NCBI GenBank assembly: GCA_027460535.1
Contig: JAPZAR010000020.1
Span: forward strand, 41,640 to 73,639
Length of the DNA: 32,000 nucleotides
Reading direction: 5' to 3'
Source of the DNA: Candidatus Methanoperedens sp.
GTDB lineage: Archaea; Halobacteriota; Methanosarcinia; Methanosarcinales; Methanoperedenaceae
Part shown: positions 1 to 10,198 of the stretch, piece after piece
How the letters are laid out: each line of letters starts with the position of its first letter
Numbering within the stretch: the stretch's first letter is position 1
Position numbers and translations under genes: made by a program
Notes under the pieces: model-generated
Told to the model about the DNA's origin: nothing
Seen by the model: only the letters and a program-made list of their open reading frames with translations
Databases searched by the model: none

Positions 1-1
1 C

Positions 2-1342
2 ACTATCTGGATAGGCATTTTTATGGCCACACTGGATACGAGCATCGTGAACGTGGCTCTTCCCACGCTCACTGAATACTTCAAGACCAATATAACAACT
101 ATCGAATGGGTAGTCATGGCATACCTGCTGACGATCACAAGCCTTCTCCTCAGCCTCGGAAGGATTTCTGATATGGTCGGAAGAAAAACGATATTTGCTG
201 GTGGAATTGCCCTTTTTACGATAGGGTCAGGATTGTGCGCGGTTTCAGCAACTGAAAACCAGTTGATATTCTACAGGATAGTACAGGGCATAGGGGCTGC
301 TATGCTGATGGCTACCGGGGTTGCGATAATCACGCATGCATTCCCTCCAAGGGAGAGAGGCAAGGCAATGGGTCTGATAGGAACAGTAGTCGCCATAGGT
401 TCAATGGCCGGGCCTGTAGCAGGCGGGTTTCTGATAGAGCATGTGGGCTGGCAGTCAATTTTTTATATCAATATACCTATCGGGATTTTCGGTACGGCGA
501 TGGCAGTCCGAATTCTCCGGGAGGAAGAAACCACGCAGGGGCAAACCTTTGATGCGGCGGGCGCTCTTACCCTTTTTATAAGTCTCATCTTGTTATTGCT
601 CGCTTTGAGCCAGGGCCAGGAATTCGGCTGGAGTTCATATTATATTACTTCGCTTTTCATCCTCTCGTTCGTATTTTTTGTGTTATTTATTATTGTTGAG
701 AACAAAGCCAGGCATCCCATGATGGAACTGCGGCATTTCAGGAACAGGCCGTTCGCAGCCGCCAATATCAGTGCGCTTATAAGTTTTATGGCAATGTTCA
801 GCGTCATCCTTATGATGCCTTTCTTCCTGGAAAAAGAACTTGGATACTCACCGGAGGACGTAGGTATTGTGTTCCTGGCAGTGCCGCTTGTGATGTCTGT
901 TATATCCCCGGTGAGCGGCTGGCTTTCGGACAGGACGAGCTCGTATGTGCTGAGTTCAATCGGAATAGGGATATCAAGCTTATCCATACTGTGGCTAAGT
1001 TCCATGGAATCGTCAGCGGGTTTTATCGACGTCACGTCGCGTCTTGCCCTTCTCGGCCTCGGACTGGGATTGTTCCAGGCGCCGAATAACAGCATAATAA
1101 TGGGTTCGCTCCCAAAGGAACAGCTGGGTATTGCAGCAGGTACACTGGGAACCATGAGGAATATGGGCATGGTTATAGGCATAGCGGTTTCTGGGGCAGT
1201 ATTTTCTAACAGGTATGTCTATTATGGAAATGTTGACGGTTCTTTCCTTCCGGCATTCCATGATACGTACGTCGTTTCTGCGGTCATATGCGGGATCGCG
1301 GTGGTGACATCGCTTGTCAGGAGCAACCCTAAAAGCTCATAA
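2..1342 (+). CDS. MFS transporter, DHA2 (EmrB/QacA-like) family, 5'-truncated by window edge
   Basis: The frame of ORF 23..1342 stays open back to nt 2 (TIWIGIFMATLDTSIVNVALP, a typical DHA2 TM1 region). It has MFS motif A (GRISDMVGRKTIF) and many hydrophobic helices. Confidence 0.85.
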   Translation, partial: TIWIGIFMATLDTSIVNVALPTLTEYFKTNITTIEWVVMAYLLTITSLLLSLGRISDMVGRKTIFAGGIALFTIGSGLCAVSATENQLIFYRIVQGIGAAMLMATGVAIITHAFPPRERGKAMGLIGTVVAIGSMAGPVAGGFLIEHVGWQSIFYINIPIGIFGTAMAVRILREEETTQGQTFDAAGALTLFISLILLLLALSQGQEFGWSSYYITSLFILSFVFFVLFIIVENKARHPMMELRHFRNRPFAAANISALISFMAMFSVILMMPFFLEKELGYSPEDVGIVFLAVPLVMSVISPVSGWLSDRTSSYVLSSIGIGISSLSILWLSSMESSAGFIDVTSRLALLGLGLGLFQAPNNSIIMGSLPKEQLGIAAGTLGTMRNMGMVIGIAVSGAVFSNRYVYYGNVDGSFLPAFHDTYVVSAVICGIAVVTSLVRSNPKSS

Positions 1343-1354
1343 GACAAATTATTT

Positions 1355-1834
1355 ATGAAATTTATAATGGACAGGATGCTTGGTAGGCTTTCGCGATGGC
1401 TTCGCCTTCTGGGATACGACACTCTTGGGATCGGGAAGCAGGAGAACGAGGATGAATTTCTTTTCAGGCTGGCAGAAACTGAGGGGAGGGTCCTGGTTTC
1501 CAGGGACAGGCTTCTCATCAGGAAGGCCATGAAAAAGGGGATTACCTCGTATCTGATACGGTCTTCCGAGATCACTGAGCAGCTCAAGGAGATGCACGAT
1601 GAATTCAATATCAGATTCGAACCAGAGATGGACAGGTGTACATTATGCAATTCAGCTATCAGAAAGATAAAGCCCGGTGAGATGTCGCTTGTTGAAAAGA
1701 AAGATTATGTATACCAGTTGAGGCTTGAGAGCGGGACAGAGTTCTGGATATGCGATAATTGCGGGCAGGTTTACTGGCAGGGAAAACACTGGAAGAATAT
1801 TATGGAGACAGTGGAGAAGTTAAAGGTCAAATGA
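1355..1834 (+). CDS. Mut7-C (PIN-like) RNase domain protein with C-terminal zinc ribbon
   Basis: The N-terminus FIMDRMLGRLSRWLRLLGYDT is characteristic of the Mut7-C family. The C-terminal CTLCN...CDNCGQVYWQGKHW is a Zn ribbon. Confidence 0.8.
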   Translation: MKFIMDRMLGRLSRWLRLLGYDTLGIGKQENEDEFLFRLAETEGRVLVSRDRLLIRKAMKKGITSYLIRSSEITEQLKEMHDEFNIRFEPEMDRCTLCNSAIRKIKPGEMSLVEKKDYVYQLRLESGTEFWICDNCGQVYWQGKHWKNIMETVEKLKVK

Positions 1835-1850
1835 TTTGATTCTGGTTGTT

Positions 1851-3071
1851 TCAGATTATTAGCTCTTCCATTTCAACATCCCTGTTGCGCAGCGAAAGTC
1901 TGGATACCTTGAACCTTGTCCCATCCGCAAGCATTGCCTCTTCATGTCCCTGTAATCCTGCGGCCGCGATCCGCCCAATGGCATCGGCTTTCATTATGCC
2001 GCTCCCGGAAGTTCCGCTCACCCATGTCAGATTGGACACGGATTCGATAACCGGGGTCATGTCAGGCCAATGATAGTCATAGTATCCTGCCCATTTGAGA
2101 GACAGCGTGTACCCCAGAAGCTCGGGGAAATAGTGATTTAAAACCGGCTCAATTGCCATGTGAAAATAGAGAGGATCCGGCTCGAGATCGGACATCAGGA
2201 ATGGCTGGCCAAGGTCGTCTGCGCAGCCAATAATCAGCAGATTTCTATCAAGTATAGGTTTGATATAAACGCCTCCCGCAGGCAGGATAATAGCAGGTGA
2301 AGAATTCTTGTTGACCAGGAGTTGGGCCGGATCCGTAATACTCAGTGCGAAGAGCTGGCGCTTTTTGGGAAGTATGCCTGAGGCGATACCGATCGGAGCG
2401 AGTAGATCATGCGTCCATGCCCCGGTAGCAATAACAAATCGCGTGGCCTGATAGGTATCGCCATTCTGATCCATGATCCCGCTGACTTTAACTCCATCCC
2501 ATGGAGCGTAGCGGCTGTTCTGACCTGTCAGAATGAAGCTTTTAATATCGGTATTGAAACGGACATGTCCACCTAATGATTCAAACCCGGAAGCATAATG
2601 CTTTGCAAGAGCCATCGCGGAGATGGAGCCGCACAGATGGCAGTATATCCCTTTATGAACATCGGGGAAAAAGCCTTTTGCTTCGGTATTCAGCCTGAGA
2701 ATATCAAATAATCCTGTTCTGTCCAGTACTTCGAATCGGTCATTTTTCGGATCAAGGGGCCGTATGGCTTTTTGGGATTTTTTCCATTGCTCTTCGGAAA
2801 ATAGCCAGAGATAACCTATTGGGTCTATCTGGACCTTATCGCCAAGTTCCAGATAATACTTGATGGAACTGCCTGCAAGAATCCTGCTTATGGAAGATGA
2901 GAAAAAGTTCCGGTAAAGAGCTGCGCTCTTTGCCGTATTCCCTGCACCTGCGGTACGGTTCTTATCAATGAGCAATATCTTGCTCTCAGGTTGTGCACCT
3001 TTCAAATGATAGGCAGTAGAGCTTCCTACGACCCCTGCACCCACAATAATGTAGTCATAGTTCATGTGCAC
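1851..3071 (-). CDS. FAD-dependent oxidoreductase (DAO / glycine-D-amino-acid oxidase-like family)
   Basis: N-terminal Rossmann dinucleotide motif YDYIIVGAGVVGSSTAYHL. Size is 406 aa, with family-typical C-terminal G-rich segments. Confidence 0.8.
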   Translation of the reverse strand: MHMNYDYIIVGAGVVGSSTAYHLKGAQPESKILLIDKNRTAGAGNTAKSAALYRNFFSSSISRILAGSSIKYYLELGDKVQIDPIGYLWLFSEEQWKKSQKAIRPLDPKNDRFEVLDRTGLFDILRLNTEAKGFFPDVHKGIYCHLCGSISAMALAKHYASGFESLGGHVRFNTDIKSFILTGQNSRYAPWDGVKVSGIMDQNGDTYQATRFVIATGAWTHDLLAPIGIASGILPKKRQLFALSITDPAQLLVNKNSSPAIILPAGGVYIKPILDRNLLIIGCADDLGQPFLMSDLEPDPLYFHMAIEPVLNHYFPELLGYTLSLKWAGYYDYHWPDMTPVIESVSNLTWVSGTSGSGIMKADAIGRIAAAGLQGHEEAMLADGTRFKVSRLSLRNRDVEMEELII

Positions 3072-3251
3072 TCGCAGTACTATCCCAGAATGACAGTAAG
3101 GATTAAGTATTTTTCTTTTTCACCCTGCAATACGACTTCAGTTTTTGGCATTGGCGGGAATGAGCTTGAATTCTGATGAATGCCGATGGCATTCAGTCGC
3201 GATTGAAGAATAATTACCATAGAGTTGGTTCTTGCCAATACTGTCAATATT

Positions 3252-4001
3252 TTATATTTCAAATTGCATATCATCAAGTGTGGTAATCGTATTATGGAAT
3301 ATTTCTCTCGCTTTCTCCTCGGCTTCTTTCCTCTGCCGTAATGTCTGGTAGATATTTGCATCGAAGTGCAATAGAACCATTTTTTTTGCTTTTGCCTCTT
3401 TTGCTATCCGCGCTGCCCCTTCAGGATTCAAATGCGGCCAATTGTCATTATTATATCCACTCTTAAATGAACATTCTGTAATCAGGAGATCAGAATTTCG
3501 CGATAATTCTTTTGCATTTTCACAAATACCGGTATCAGCGCAATAAGCTATTATTTTATCATCCAGTTCAAATCGATATCCCATACATTTTGCAGAATGA
3601 AACAGGAATCGACATTCTACTGAAAATGGAACTTCATGGCGCCCTTCAGGAAGATCATGAATATCAACTTTGAAAGGCAATTTTGAAAACGGAACCGTGT
3701 AAGGCGTATTGATTATTCTGTCAAGTATATCTTTTGTACCCTCCTGTCCATAAATGTGCAGTCCCTGCCGGAAATTGAATTTATTCAGAATGTGCAGGCC
3801 GATGATGTGGTCAAGATGGAAGTGGCTGAGAAAAAGGTATATCGGTTTCCTGCTGGTGTTGACAATATACCGGTCTATTTTATAAAATCCATTGCCAGCA
3901 TCAAGAATAATAAAGTGGCTATTGGTTTCTATGAGGGTGCATATAGTGTTTCCAGTATCTGTATCATACCATCCATTAGTTCCGAGAAAGCTAATTTTCA
4001 T
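3252..4001 (-). CDS. MBL-fold metallo-hydrolase (RNase Z/ElaC-like)
   Basis: Contains the HFHLDHIIGL metallo-beta-lactamase motif. The ORF track starts at 4079, but the internal ATG at 4001 (MKISFLGTNGW) is preceded by GGGATGAT (SD-like) and matches the usual family N-terminus. Confidence 0.75.
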   Translation of the reverse strand: MKISFLGTNGWYDTDTGNTICTLIETNSHFIILDAGNGFYKIDRYIVNTSRKPIYLFLSHFHLDHIIGLHILNKFNFRQGLHIYGQEGTKDILDRIINTPYTVPFSKLPFKVDIHDLPEGRHEVPFSVECRFLFHSAKCMGYRFELDDKIIAYCADTGICENAKELSRNSDLLITECSFKSGYNNDNWPHLNPEGAARIAKEAKAKKMVLLHFDANIYQTLRQRKEAEEKAREIFHNTITTLDDMQFEI

Positions 4002-4678
4002 ATCATCCCTATTTGCACAAACATTTAGAACGCCATCCTTATCATGAGAGCTGTCACTATGAGCGTAACTCTTCCTCATTCGTTAAAATTCTGGGTATGT
4101 TTTCTTAAAGTCTATCTTCTCCAATTATTTCAATAACATATTGAATTAAAGCTAATTCTCTAAGGATTTTTCAAGTTCTATTTTTTTTATAGCTGTTTCA
4201 TGTACAATACTGAACTGGCTTTTCCTTTCGTTCCATGTGTGTTCGGATGCTCTGTTAACAAGACCGCTCCAGAATAAATCCATATATGTCACCTCAATTA
4301 AGAATTGTTCGGTAATTATAAAGGGAATATCCAAGCGGGGTGAAACTAATCATGACCCAAGGGTTCATAGATACTGTATAAAAAATGTAATTCCAATCGA
4401 AGTAATACAGCTTGGAATGATTTCGGATTTGCATATTGATTCATTCAATTTTACATGAATCAAACTAATCTTTTTCAAATAGTGCATTTAGGATTCTTCT
4501 GATCTCTTCAGCAGTTCCCTCTAACAAATAATAATAGAAATTTTATCAATCTTTATAAAACTATTTTCTGTAATTTCTGCTTTTTTTGAGGTGAATATTA
4601 GTGAGTAAAAGATAACGTATCGAAAGATTAATATAATAACAGTATGACTTATTGCAAGAACTAATATGGGAAATCATT

Positions 4679-5062
4679 ATGGAAAAACGCAATATTAAAC
4701 AACTCGATGATAAGCACGAGGAAATTGCCGATGCACTTATTGCAATTGGTATGAGCAGGAATATTGCCAGAACTCTGAGCTATCTTCAGAATGTGGATAA
4801 TGCTACATCGGTAGACCTGGAAAGAGTGGCCAGATTGTATCAGCCCGAAGTAAGCATTGCAATAAAGCAGCTAAAGGAGCGGGAATGGATAAATGAGCGT
4901 GAAGAGAAAAAGGTGGGTAAGGGAAGACCTTATAAGATATACTCGCTTAAAATCGGCTTCAATGATATAATCTCTCAGCTTGAAAACCAGCAGAGGGAAG
5001 CGGTTAATGGAACGCTGGAAAAGATTGAGAAATTGAAGGAATTGAGGAAAGATCAAAGATAG
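4679..5062 (+). CDS. winged-helix transcriptional regulator (ArsR/TrmB-like)
   Basis: HTH segment IARTLSYLQNVDNATSVDLERVARLYQPEVSIAIKQLKEREWI followed by a wing (GKGRPYKIYSL). The track start at 4652 is TTG, and the ATG at 4679 is more plausible. Confidence 0.7.
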   Translation: MEKRNIKQLDDKHEEIADALIAIGMSRNIARTLSYLQNVDNATSVDLERVARLYQPEVSIAIKQLKEREWINEREEKKVGKGRPYKIYSLKIGFNDIISQLENQQREAVNGTLEKIEKLKELRKDQR

Positions 5063-5063
5063 C

Positions 5064-5069
5064 TTTTTT
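5064..5069 (+). terminator. oligo-T run directly after the regulator's stop codon (archaeal-type terminator candidate)
   Basis: TAG at 5060-5062 is followed by C and then TTTTTT. Confidence 0.35.
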
Positions 5070-5213
5070 CTGTCGCCTGACCGGATTGGAATTTCATTTT
5101 CATATTTTCTGGGGATCCTATAATCATGGGTCCTCATTATAGCACTTCCAGGTATGAGCAAGATATAGAGTGAAAATCACGCCCAACTCCCAAAATAAAT
5201 GTGAACTCAAGAA

Positions 5214-6359
5214 TTACAGCAGCCCTATATTCGTCTTCCTGACAACTTCATCGTAATTCTTGTATCCGAGTACTTTTTCTATCATATCGGAGTGTTTTCC
5301 CTTGATCTTATTCAATTCGGATGAGGTATAATCCGTGATACCCTTAGCAAATACCAGCCCATCGCTTTCCATCTCGATAATATCACCTCTGTCAAACGGG
5401 CCGGTGACATCGATGATCCCGGAAGGTAAAAGCCCTCTCTTGTTCCTTATCGCCTTTTCCGCACCTTTATCCACGATAAGCTTTCCAGAAGGTTTCGAGA
5501 GGATTATCCAGCGCGTTCTGTTCTTGTATTTCCCATCCTTTGCAAGGAAGAGCGTTCCGATGTTTTCTCCCTCCACGATCTTCATTACCCCATCATCAAA
5601 GTTGCTGTTGGCTATAACCATGTGGCATCCAGCTATGGATGTTATCTTGGCAGCCTCTATCTTGGTCCTCATGCCCCCAACGCCTTTCAAACTTGTAGGA
5701 CTCCCGCCGTAGCTCTCGATTTCAGGCGTTATCTTTTCTATTACGCTTATTAGCTGCGCATCTTCATTTTTCTTGGGGTTCTTATTGTACAAACCATCTA
5801 TATCGGATAACAGTATCAGAAGCTCTGCCTCGACCTTGCTTGCCACCATTGCAGAGAGCTTGTCATTATCCCCGAAGGTCGCTTCTATCTCATGCACGCA
5901 TATCGGGTCGTTCTCATTGATTATAGGAACTACACCGGCTTCCAGGAGAGCCGAGATGGAATTCCGAAGATTAAGATAGGTCATACGGTTCGAGAAGGCT
6001 TCATAGGTCAGCAGTATCTGTGCCACCTTGAGGTCGTATTTATTGAAGGCTGCCATCCATTCCTGCATCAGGATGTTCTGGCCTACAGCAGCGGCGGCCT
6101 GCCTGAGCGGGATTTCCCGCAGGGGCGCTTTCATCTTCAGTTCCTCGCATCCTATCCCTATGGCACCTGAACTTACTACGATCAACGTTTTTCCTTTCTC
6201 CCTGAGTTTTGCCACCTGGCGGGCGATATTTTCTGTCAGCCTGCGGTTGAAAGTTCCATTTTCGCTGCTCAGAGATGACGTTCCGATCTTAATGACGATC
6301 CGTTTGATGTCCTTAAAAAGCTCTCTTCTATCAACCTTACTTTCAGGAACCGTTTTCAT
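5214..6359 (-). CDS. proB: glutamate 5-kinase with C-terminal PUA domain
   Basis: Contains KRIVIKIGTSSLS, the amino-acid kinase fold and a PUA-like C-terminus (LLPSGIIDVTGPFDRGDIIEM). It has a 4-nt overlap with proA. Confidence 0.95.
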   Translation of the reverse strand: MKTVPESKVDRRELFKDIKRIVIKIGTSSLSSENGTFNRRLTENIARQVAKLREKGKTLIVVSSGAIGIGCEELKMKAPLREIPLRQAAAAVGQNILMQEWMAAFNKYDLKVAQILLTYEAFSNRMTYLNLRNSISALLEAGVVPIINENDPICVHEIEATFGDNDKLSAMVASKVEAELLILLSDIDGLYNKNPKKNEDAQLISVIEKITPEIESYGGSPTSLKGVGGMRTKIEAAKITSIAGCHMVIANSNFDDGVMKIVEGENIGTLFLAKDGKYKNRTRWIILSKPSGKLIVDKGAEKAIRNKRGLLPSGIIDVTGPFDRGDIIEMESDGLVFAKGITDYTSSELNKIKGKHSDMIEKVLGYKNYDEVVRKTNIGLL

Positions 6360-7711
6360 ACTCTGCTCATTTTATCTGAAAGTCTTAAATTTAACTTCTT
6401 ATGGGTATATTTACGGGCTTCCTTGCCGACATAATCAGCAACCTTGTTGCCATTCCCAAGCAGCACATATTTGTAGATCAAAAGCCCTTCCATCCCAACA
6501 GGGCCTCGGGCATGGATTTTGTTCGTGCTGATACCTACTTCTGCACCTTTTCCGTATCTATAACCATCTGAAAAACGTGTGGAGGCGTTCCACATGACAC
6601 TGGATGAATCTACAAGCTCGATGAACCTGGCAGCATTACTTTTATCTTCTGTGACAATGGCATCGGTATGATGAGAACCATATTTATTGATATGCTCAAT
6701 TCCTTCATCCAGTGAATCCACTATCCTGATGGAAAGGATCAGGTCGTTGTACTCGGTTCTCCAGTCTTTTTCTGTGGCATGAAGCACGGCCTTCAGGAAC
6801 CCCATTTTCGATAGGATTTCGAATGACCCATTATCGCACCGCAGTTCCACCCCTGCGCCGTTGTAACGCTTTCCCATCTCAGGCAGGAACTTTTCGGCGA
6901 TATCCCTGTGCACAAGCAGTGTTTCCATGGCATTGCAGACTGCTGGATATTGGACCTTTGCATCATAGCATACGTCGTAAGCTTTAGTCAGGTCCGCGAT
7001 GCTGTCAACGTATACATGACATATACCTGCGGAATGACCGAGCACAGGAATCCTCGTGTTATCCTGAATGTATTTGACGAATTCATTCGAGCCCCTTGGA
7101 ATTATGAGGTTGACGTACTCATCGAGTTTCAGCATTTCGTTGACCTCTTCCCTGGTTTCCATGAGCGCAAAAGCACTTCTCGGCATGCCTTCCACATTTT
7201 CGATCGCATCCACAAGCAAATCAAAGATAGTCCTGTTGGAATTTGAGGCTTCGCTTCCGCCTTTGAAGATGGTGGCGTTCCCACTCTTAAGGCAAAGCGA
7301 CATTATCTGCGGCACTACATCCGGGCGTGATTCGAAGATGACCCCTATCAATCCAATCGGGCAGCTGACCTGGAAAAGCTCAAGACCTCTGTCAAGCTCA
7401 AGGGCTGAAAGGGTCTTTCCAACCGGATCTTCAAATTTGATTACATCGTTTATCCCCGCGATCATCTCGTCCAGTTTGGGATCGTCCACTTTCAGCCTTT
7501 TGATAAGAGCCTCTGAAAGTTTATCGGCCTCAGCAAGTTTTTCAGCTGCAGCAATGTCTTTCTTATTAGCTGAGATTATTTTTTCTCTGTTCGAGTCAAG
7601 GGCTTTTGACATTCCGGCAAGGGCTTTGTTCTTTATATGAGAGGGGACGCTTGCAAGCTGGATGGAGGCGTTTTTTGCGAGTTTTACTTTTGTCAGGATG
7701 TCTTTCGTCAT
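6356..7711 (-). CDS. proA: gamma-glutamyl phosphate reductase
   Basis: ALDH-superfamily ProA pattern (IFESRPDV, PRGSNEFV, VLGHSAGICHVYVD, catalytic C in YPAVCNAMETLLVH). It overlaps proB by ATGA. Confidence 0.95.
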   Translation of the reverse strand: MTKDILTKVKLAKNASIQLASVPSHIKNKALAGMSKALDSNREKIISANKKDIAAAEKLAEADKLSEALIKRLKVDDPKLDEMIAGINDVIKFEDPVGKTLSALELDRGLELFQVSCPIGLIGVIFESRPDVVPQIMSLCLKSGNATIFKGGSEASNSNRTIFDLLVDAIENVEGMPRSAFALMETREEVNEMLKLDEYVNLIIPRGSNEFVKYIQDNTRIPVLGHSAGICHVYVDSIADLTKAYDVCYDAKVQYPAVCNAMETLLVHRDIAEKFLPEMGKRYNGAGVELRCDNGSFEILSKMGFLKAVLHATEKDWRTEYNDLILSIRIVDSLDEGIEHINKYGSHHTDAIVTEDKSNAARFIELVDSSSVMWNASTRFSDGYRYGKGAEVGISTNKIHARGPVGMEGLLIYKYVLLGNGNKVADYVGKEARKYTHKKLNLRLSDKMSRV

Positions 7712-7966
7712 ATTGATAACTGCTGAATATATTCGGGTTACTTTTACATCATTTTAATTCATATAGATATTGTTTCATGATACAGGTTTGAGATGACATC
7801 GATTTCGATTCATAATATTCACTATGCATTGGCTCTCTGTCCAAAATACGGAATAACACCAAAAGTTATATATATAGATTAACAAATTGTGTTGGTAAAA
7901 AATGGATAGGTCTAATAAGGAAGACATATATTAAAACGAATCACGAAAACGGGTAGGTCTGAAAAA

Positions 7967-8920
7967 ATGCAAGTAAAATTTAGTACAATAACTTTTTTAG
8001 TATTAACGGGAATCCTGTTCTTGATCCCACAGGCTGTGGCTTCTGAAAATTCATGCATCGATTGCCATAAAACATTATCTCCATTCCTTGAAGTACAGAA
8101 ACAGTTTAACCAGATAAGGATAGAGCATCTTGAGAGAAACGTTTCCTGTTCACTCGAATGCCATGAAGACAGGGTAAGGCAGCTTGCTACCGCAAATTAT
8201 CAGCAGTGGTCAGAGTCACTTCACGGTCTGAAGGGAATAACATGTGAAATGTGCCACGGGGGAGATCCAAAGCAAGCCTCAAAAGATCAAGCGCATGTTG
8301 GTATCAAGAAACCTACCGATCCTGAAAGCCCGGTGTATTATACCAACGTCCCCCAAACGTGCGGTAAATGCCATTCAAGAGAATTGGATAATTTCCAGAC
8401 CAGCAAACATTATCAGAAGCTGGAGGCATTACAAACCGCCCCGACGTGTACCACTTGCCATGCACCTCATACTTTCAAGGTATTGAATCCGGAAGAGTTC
8501 AGGAATTTCTGTGGTACCTGCCATTCAATTTACAAAAAGGTCGCACCATACGACATTCCTGCCCAGGCAGACTACCTGCTTGGGAAAGTGAACAAGTTAA
8601 AATTCAATATCGATATGACCCAGCAGGATATCTTCTTTGCCAAGAAGAATGGGACTGACGTAACACAGGCGCAGATGCATACAGATAATGCGATCAATAT
8701 GGTTCAAGCTCTTGCGCCCATGTGGCATGAGTTCAATCTCACGCATTTTGAAGATCAGGTGGATTTGGCCAACAAGGAAATAAATCAGGCCGAAGATATT
8801 GTCAAACCGACACCAGGTCCATCAATAACAGAGACTCCCAAGGCCCCTGGGTTTGTGGGATTAGCAGGAGTTATCTCATTGCTGGCTGTACTGTATATAT
8901 TAAGAAAGAACAGGGAATAA
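7967..8920 (+). CDS. secreted multihaem c-type cytochrome (5 CXXCH + 1 CX3CH) with PGF-CTERM-type anchor
   Basis: Signal peptide ending AVA/SE. Haem motifs are CIDCH, CSLECH, CEMCH, CGKCH, CTTCH and CGTCH. The C-terminus has a haem-free helical region, then a PTPGPSITETPKA linker, PGF, a hydrophobic helix and RKNRE. Confidence 0.9.
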   Translation: MQVKFSTITFLVLTGILFLIPQAVASENSCIDCHKTLSPFLEVQKQFNQIRIEHLERNVSCSLECHEDRVRQLATANYQQWSESLHGLKGITCEMCHGGDPKQASKDQAHVGIKKPTDPESPVYYTNVPQTCGKCHSRELDNFQTSKHYQKLEALQTAPTCTTCHAPHTFKVLNPEEFRNFCGTCHSIYKKVAPYDIPAQADYLLGKVNKLKFNIDMTQQDIFFAKKNGTDVTQAQMHTDNAINMVQALAPMWHEFNLTHFEDQVDLANKEINQAEDIVKPTPGPSITETPKAPGFVGLAGVISLLAVLYILRKNRE

Positions 8921-8956
8921 AAACTTGATAAAAACGATATTCGGTCACATATACAG

Positions 8957-9415
8957 GTGAAATTAATGCAGCCACACTTGAAACGGGCTTTTATGCTGTT
9001 GTTCATTGCAATAATCGGGTTTATATTCGTAAGATCCCTGATAGTTCCCGAAACCTTCGGTCAGTACGGGTGGTACAGGGGTAACTCTGTTAATGATCTC
9101 AGAAATCTACCCGTAGAACATGCAGGCTCTGCAAGTTGTGGTGAAGAAAGTTGCCATACGACTATCTATTCGATCTGGAGCACCTCAGGGCATAAAACAG
9201 TCAATTGTGAAACCTGCCATGGAGCTTCGGAGAACCATGTCAGTAATGTAAGGATAATGCCTACGCCGGCAAACGCTTCAAGGGATTTCTGCGGCCTGTG
9301 TCACTTTAAGCGGATATCACGACCCTCTGATTTCCCGCAGATAGATCCGGAATCCCACGGTGAAAATTTACAATGTACTTACTGCCATAACCCGCACAAA
9401 CCGTGGTTCGTATAA
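8957..9415 (+). CDS. small membrane-anchored multihaem cytochrome c (3 CXXCH + 1 CX4CH), DsrJ/NrfB-position subunit
   Basis: N-terminal TM helix (AFMLLFIAIIGFIFV). Haem motifs are CGEESCH, CETCH, CGLCH and CTYCH. The start is GTG at 8957 or ATG at 8966, and the next gene begins 3 nt after its stop. Confidence 0.85.
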   Translation: MKLMQPHLKRAFMLLFIAIIGFIFVRSLIVPETFGQYGWYRGNSVNDLRNLPVEHAGSASCGEESCHTTIYSIWSTSGHKTVNCETCHGASENHVSNVRIMPTPANASRDFCGLCHFKRISRPSDFPQIDPESHGENLQCTYCHNPHKPWFV

Positions 9416-9418
9416 GGG

Positions 9419-10198
9419 ATGATTAACATGAGCTTATCAAGACGAGAATTCACGAAATTCGGATGCAGGGTTATCATAGGGGCAGTAGCGGGCAGTGCTG
9501 TTGTAGAATCGATTGTAACAAACGGCAGTGCAGCCAAGGATCCCCCCCCTGCTGAATATGATTGGAACAAGCATTACTGGGGCTATGTCATCGATACCCG
9601 AAAATGCATAGGATGCGGCAGGTGCGCGAGAGCATGCAAGCTTGAGAACCATGTCCCTTTTGACGAACCCGTTTACAGGACATGGGTTGAAAGATACAGG
9701 GTCCTGAAAGAGGGGGAAGTCAAAATAGATTCACCCAATGGAAGCATAGATGGGTTTACGGATGATATCCCGGACGATGAAATCAAAAAAGCCTTTTATG
9801 TTCCCAAGATATGCAACCATTGCGACAGCCCACCCTGTGTTCAGGTCTGTCCCGTTGGGGCCACATATGAGACAAAGGATGGGGTCGTGCTTGTAGATTA
9901 TGATTACTGTATCGGCTGCCGCTACTGTATCCAGGGGTGCCCTTATGGTGCCAGATATTTTAACTCTGAAAGGAAGACAGCTGACAAATGTACCTGGTGC
10001 TATCACAGGATCACAAAGGGTCTTCTGCCCGCCTGCGTACAGGCATGTCCGGTGGGCGCCAGGATATTTGGGGATTTGAGAGATCCAGACAGCGCGGTCA
10101 ATAAGATCCTGGATAAGGAAAGGATCAGTGTTCTTAAAATTGACCTGGGAACGAAACCCAAGGTATATTATGTTGGATTGGACATGGATGTGAAATGA
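9419..10198 (+). CDS. Tat-exported 4x[4Fe-4S] ferredoxin-type subunit (NrfC/DsrO/PsrB/HybA family)
   Basis: Twin-arginine motif SRREFTKF. There are four Cys clusters: CIGCGRCARAC, CNHCDSPPCVQVCP, CIGCRYCIQGCP and CTWC...CVQACP. An alternative start is at 9428. Confidence 0.9.
   Translation: MINMSLSRREFTKFGCRVIIGAVAGSAVVESIVTNGSAAKDPPPAEYDWNKHYWGYVIDTRKCIGCGRCARACKLENHVPFDEPVYRTWVERYRVLKEGEVKIDSPNGSIDGFTDDIPDDEIKKAFYVPKICNHCDSPPCVQVCPVGATYETKDGVVLVDYDYCIGCRYCIQGCPYGARYFNSERKTADKCTWCYHRITKGLLPACVQACPVGARIFGDLRDPDSAVNKILDKERISVLKIDLGTKPKVYYVGLDMDVK

Noticed and set aside
3177-3195. The hairpin TGAATGCC-GAT-GGCATTCA downstream of the MBL hydrolase gene, considered as a terminator.
   Set aside because: It is a short 8-bp stem with no adjacent oligo-T on the transcribed (minus) strand. 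That is too weak to call.
4080-4650. A 570-bp AT-rich gap with short ORFs (4152..4334 minus, 4237..4458 plus), considered as a possible hidden small gene or RNA.
   Set aside because: I found no recognisable protein motif, SD/start context, repeat or stable palindrome. It is most likely an extended promoter or 5' region for the divergent MBL hydrolase and wHTH regulator genes.
5214-7711. The proA-proB pair considered as something unusual.
   Set aside because: It is an ordinary proline-biosynthesis operon with a 4-nt overlap. Both proteins are full length with intact motifs.
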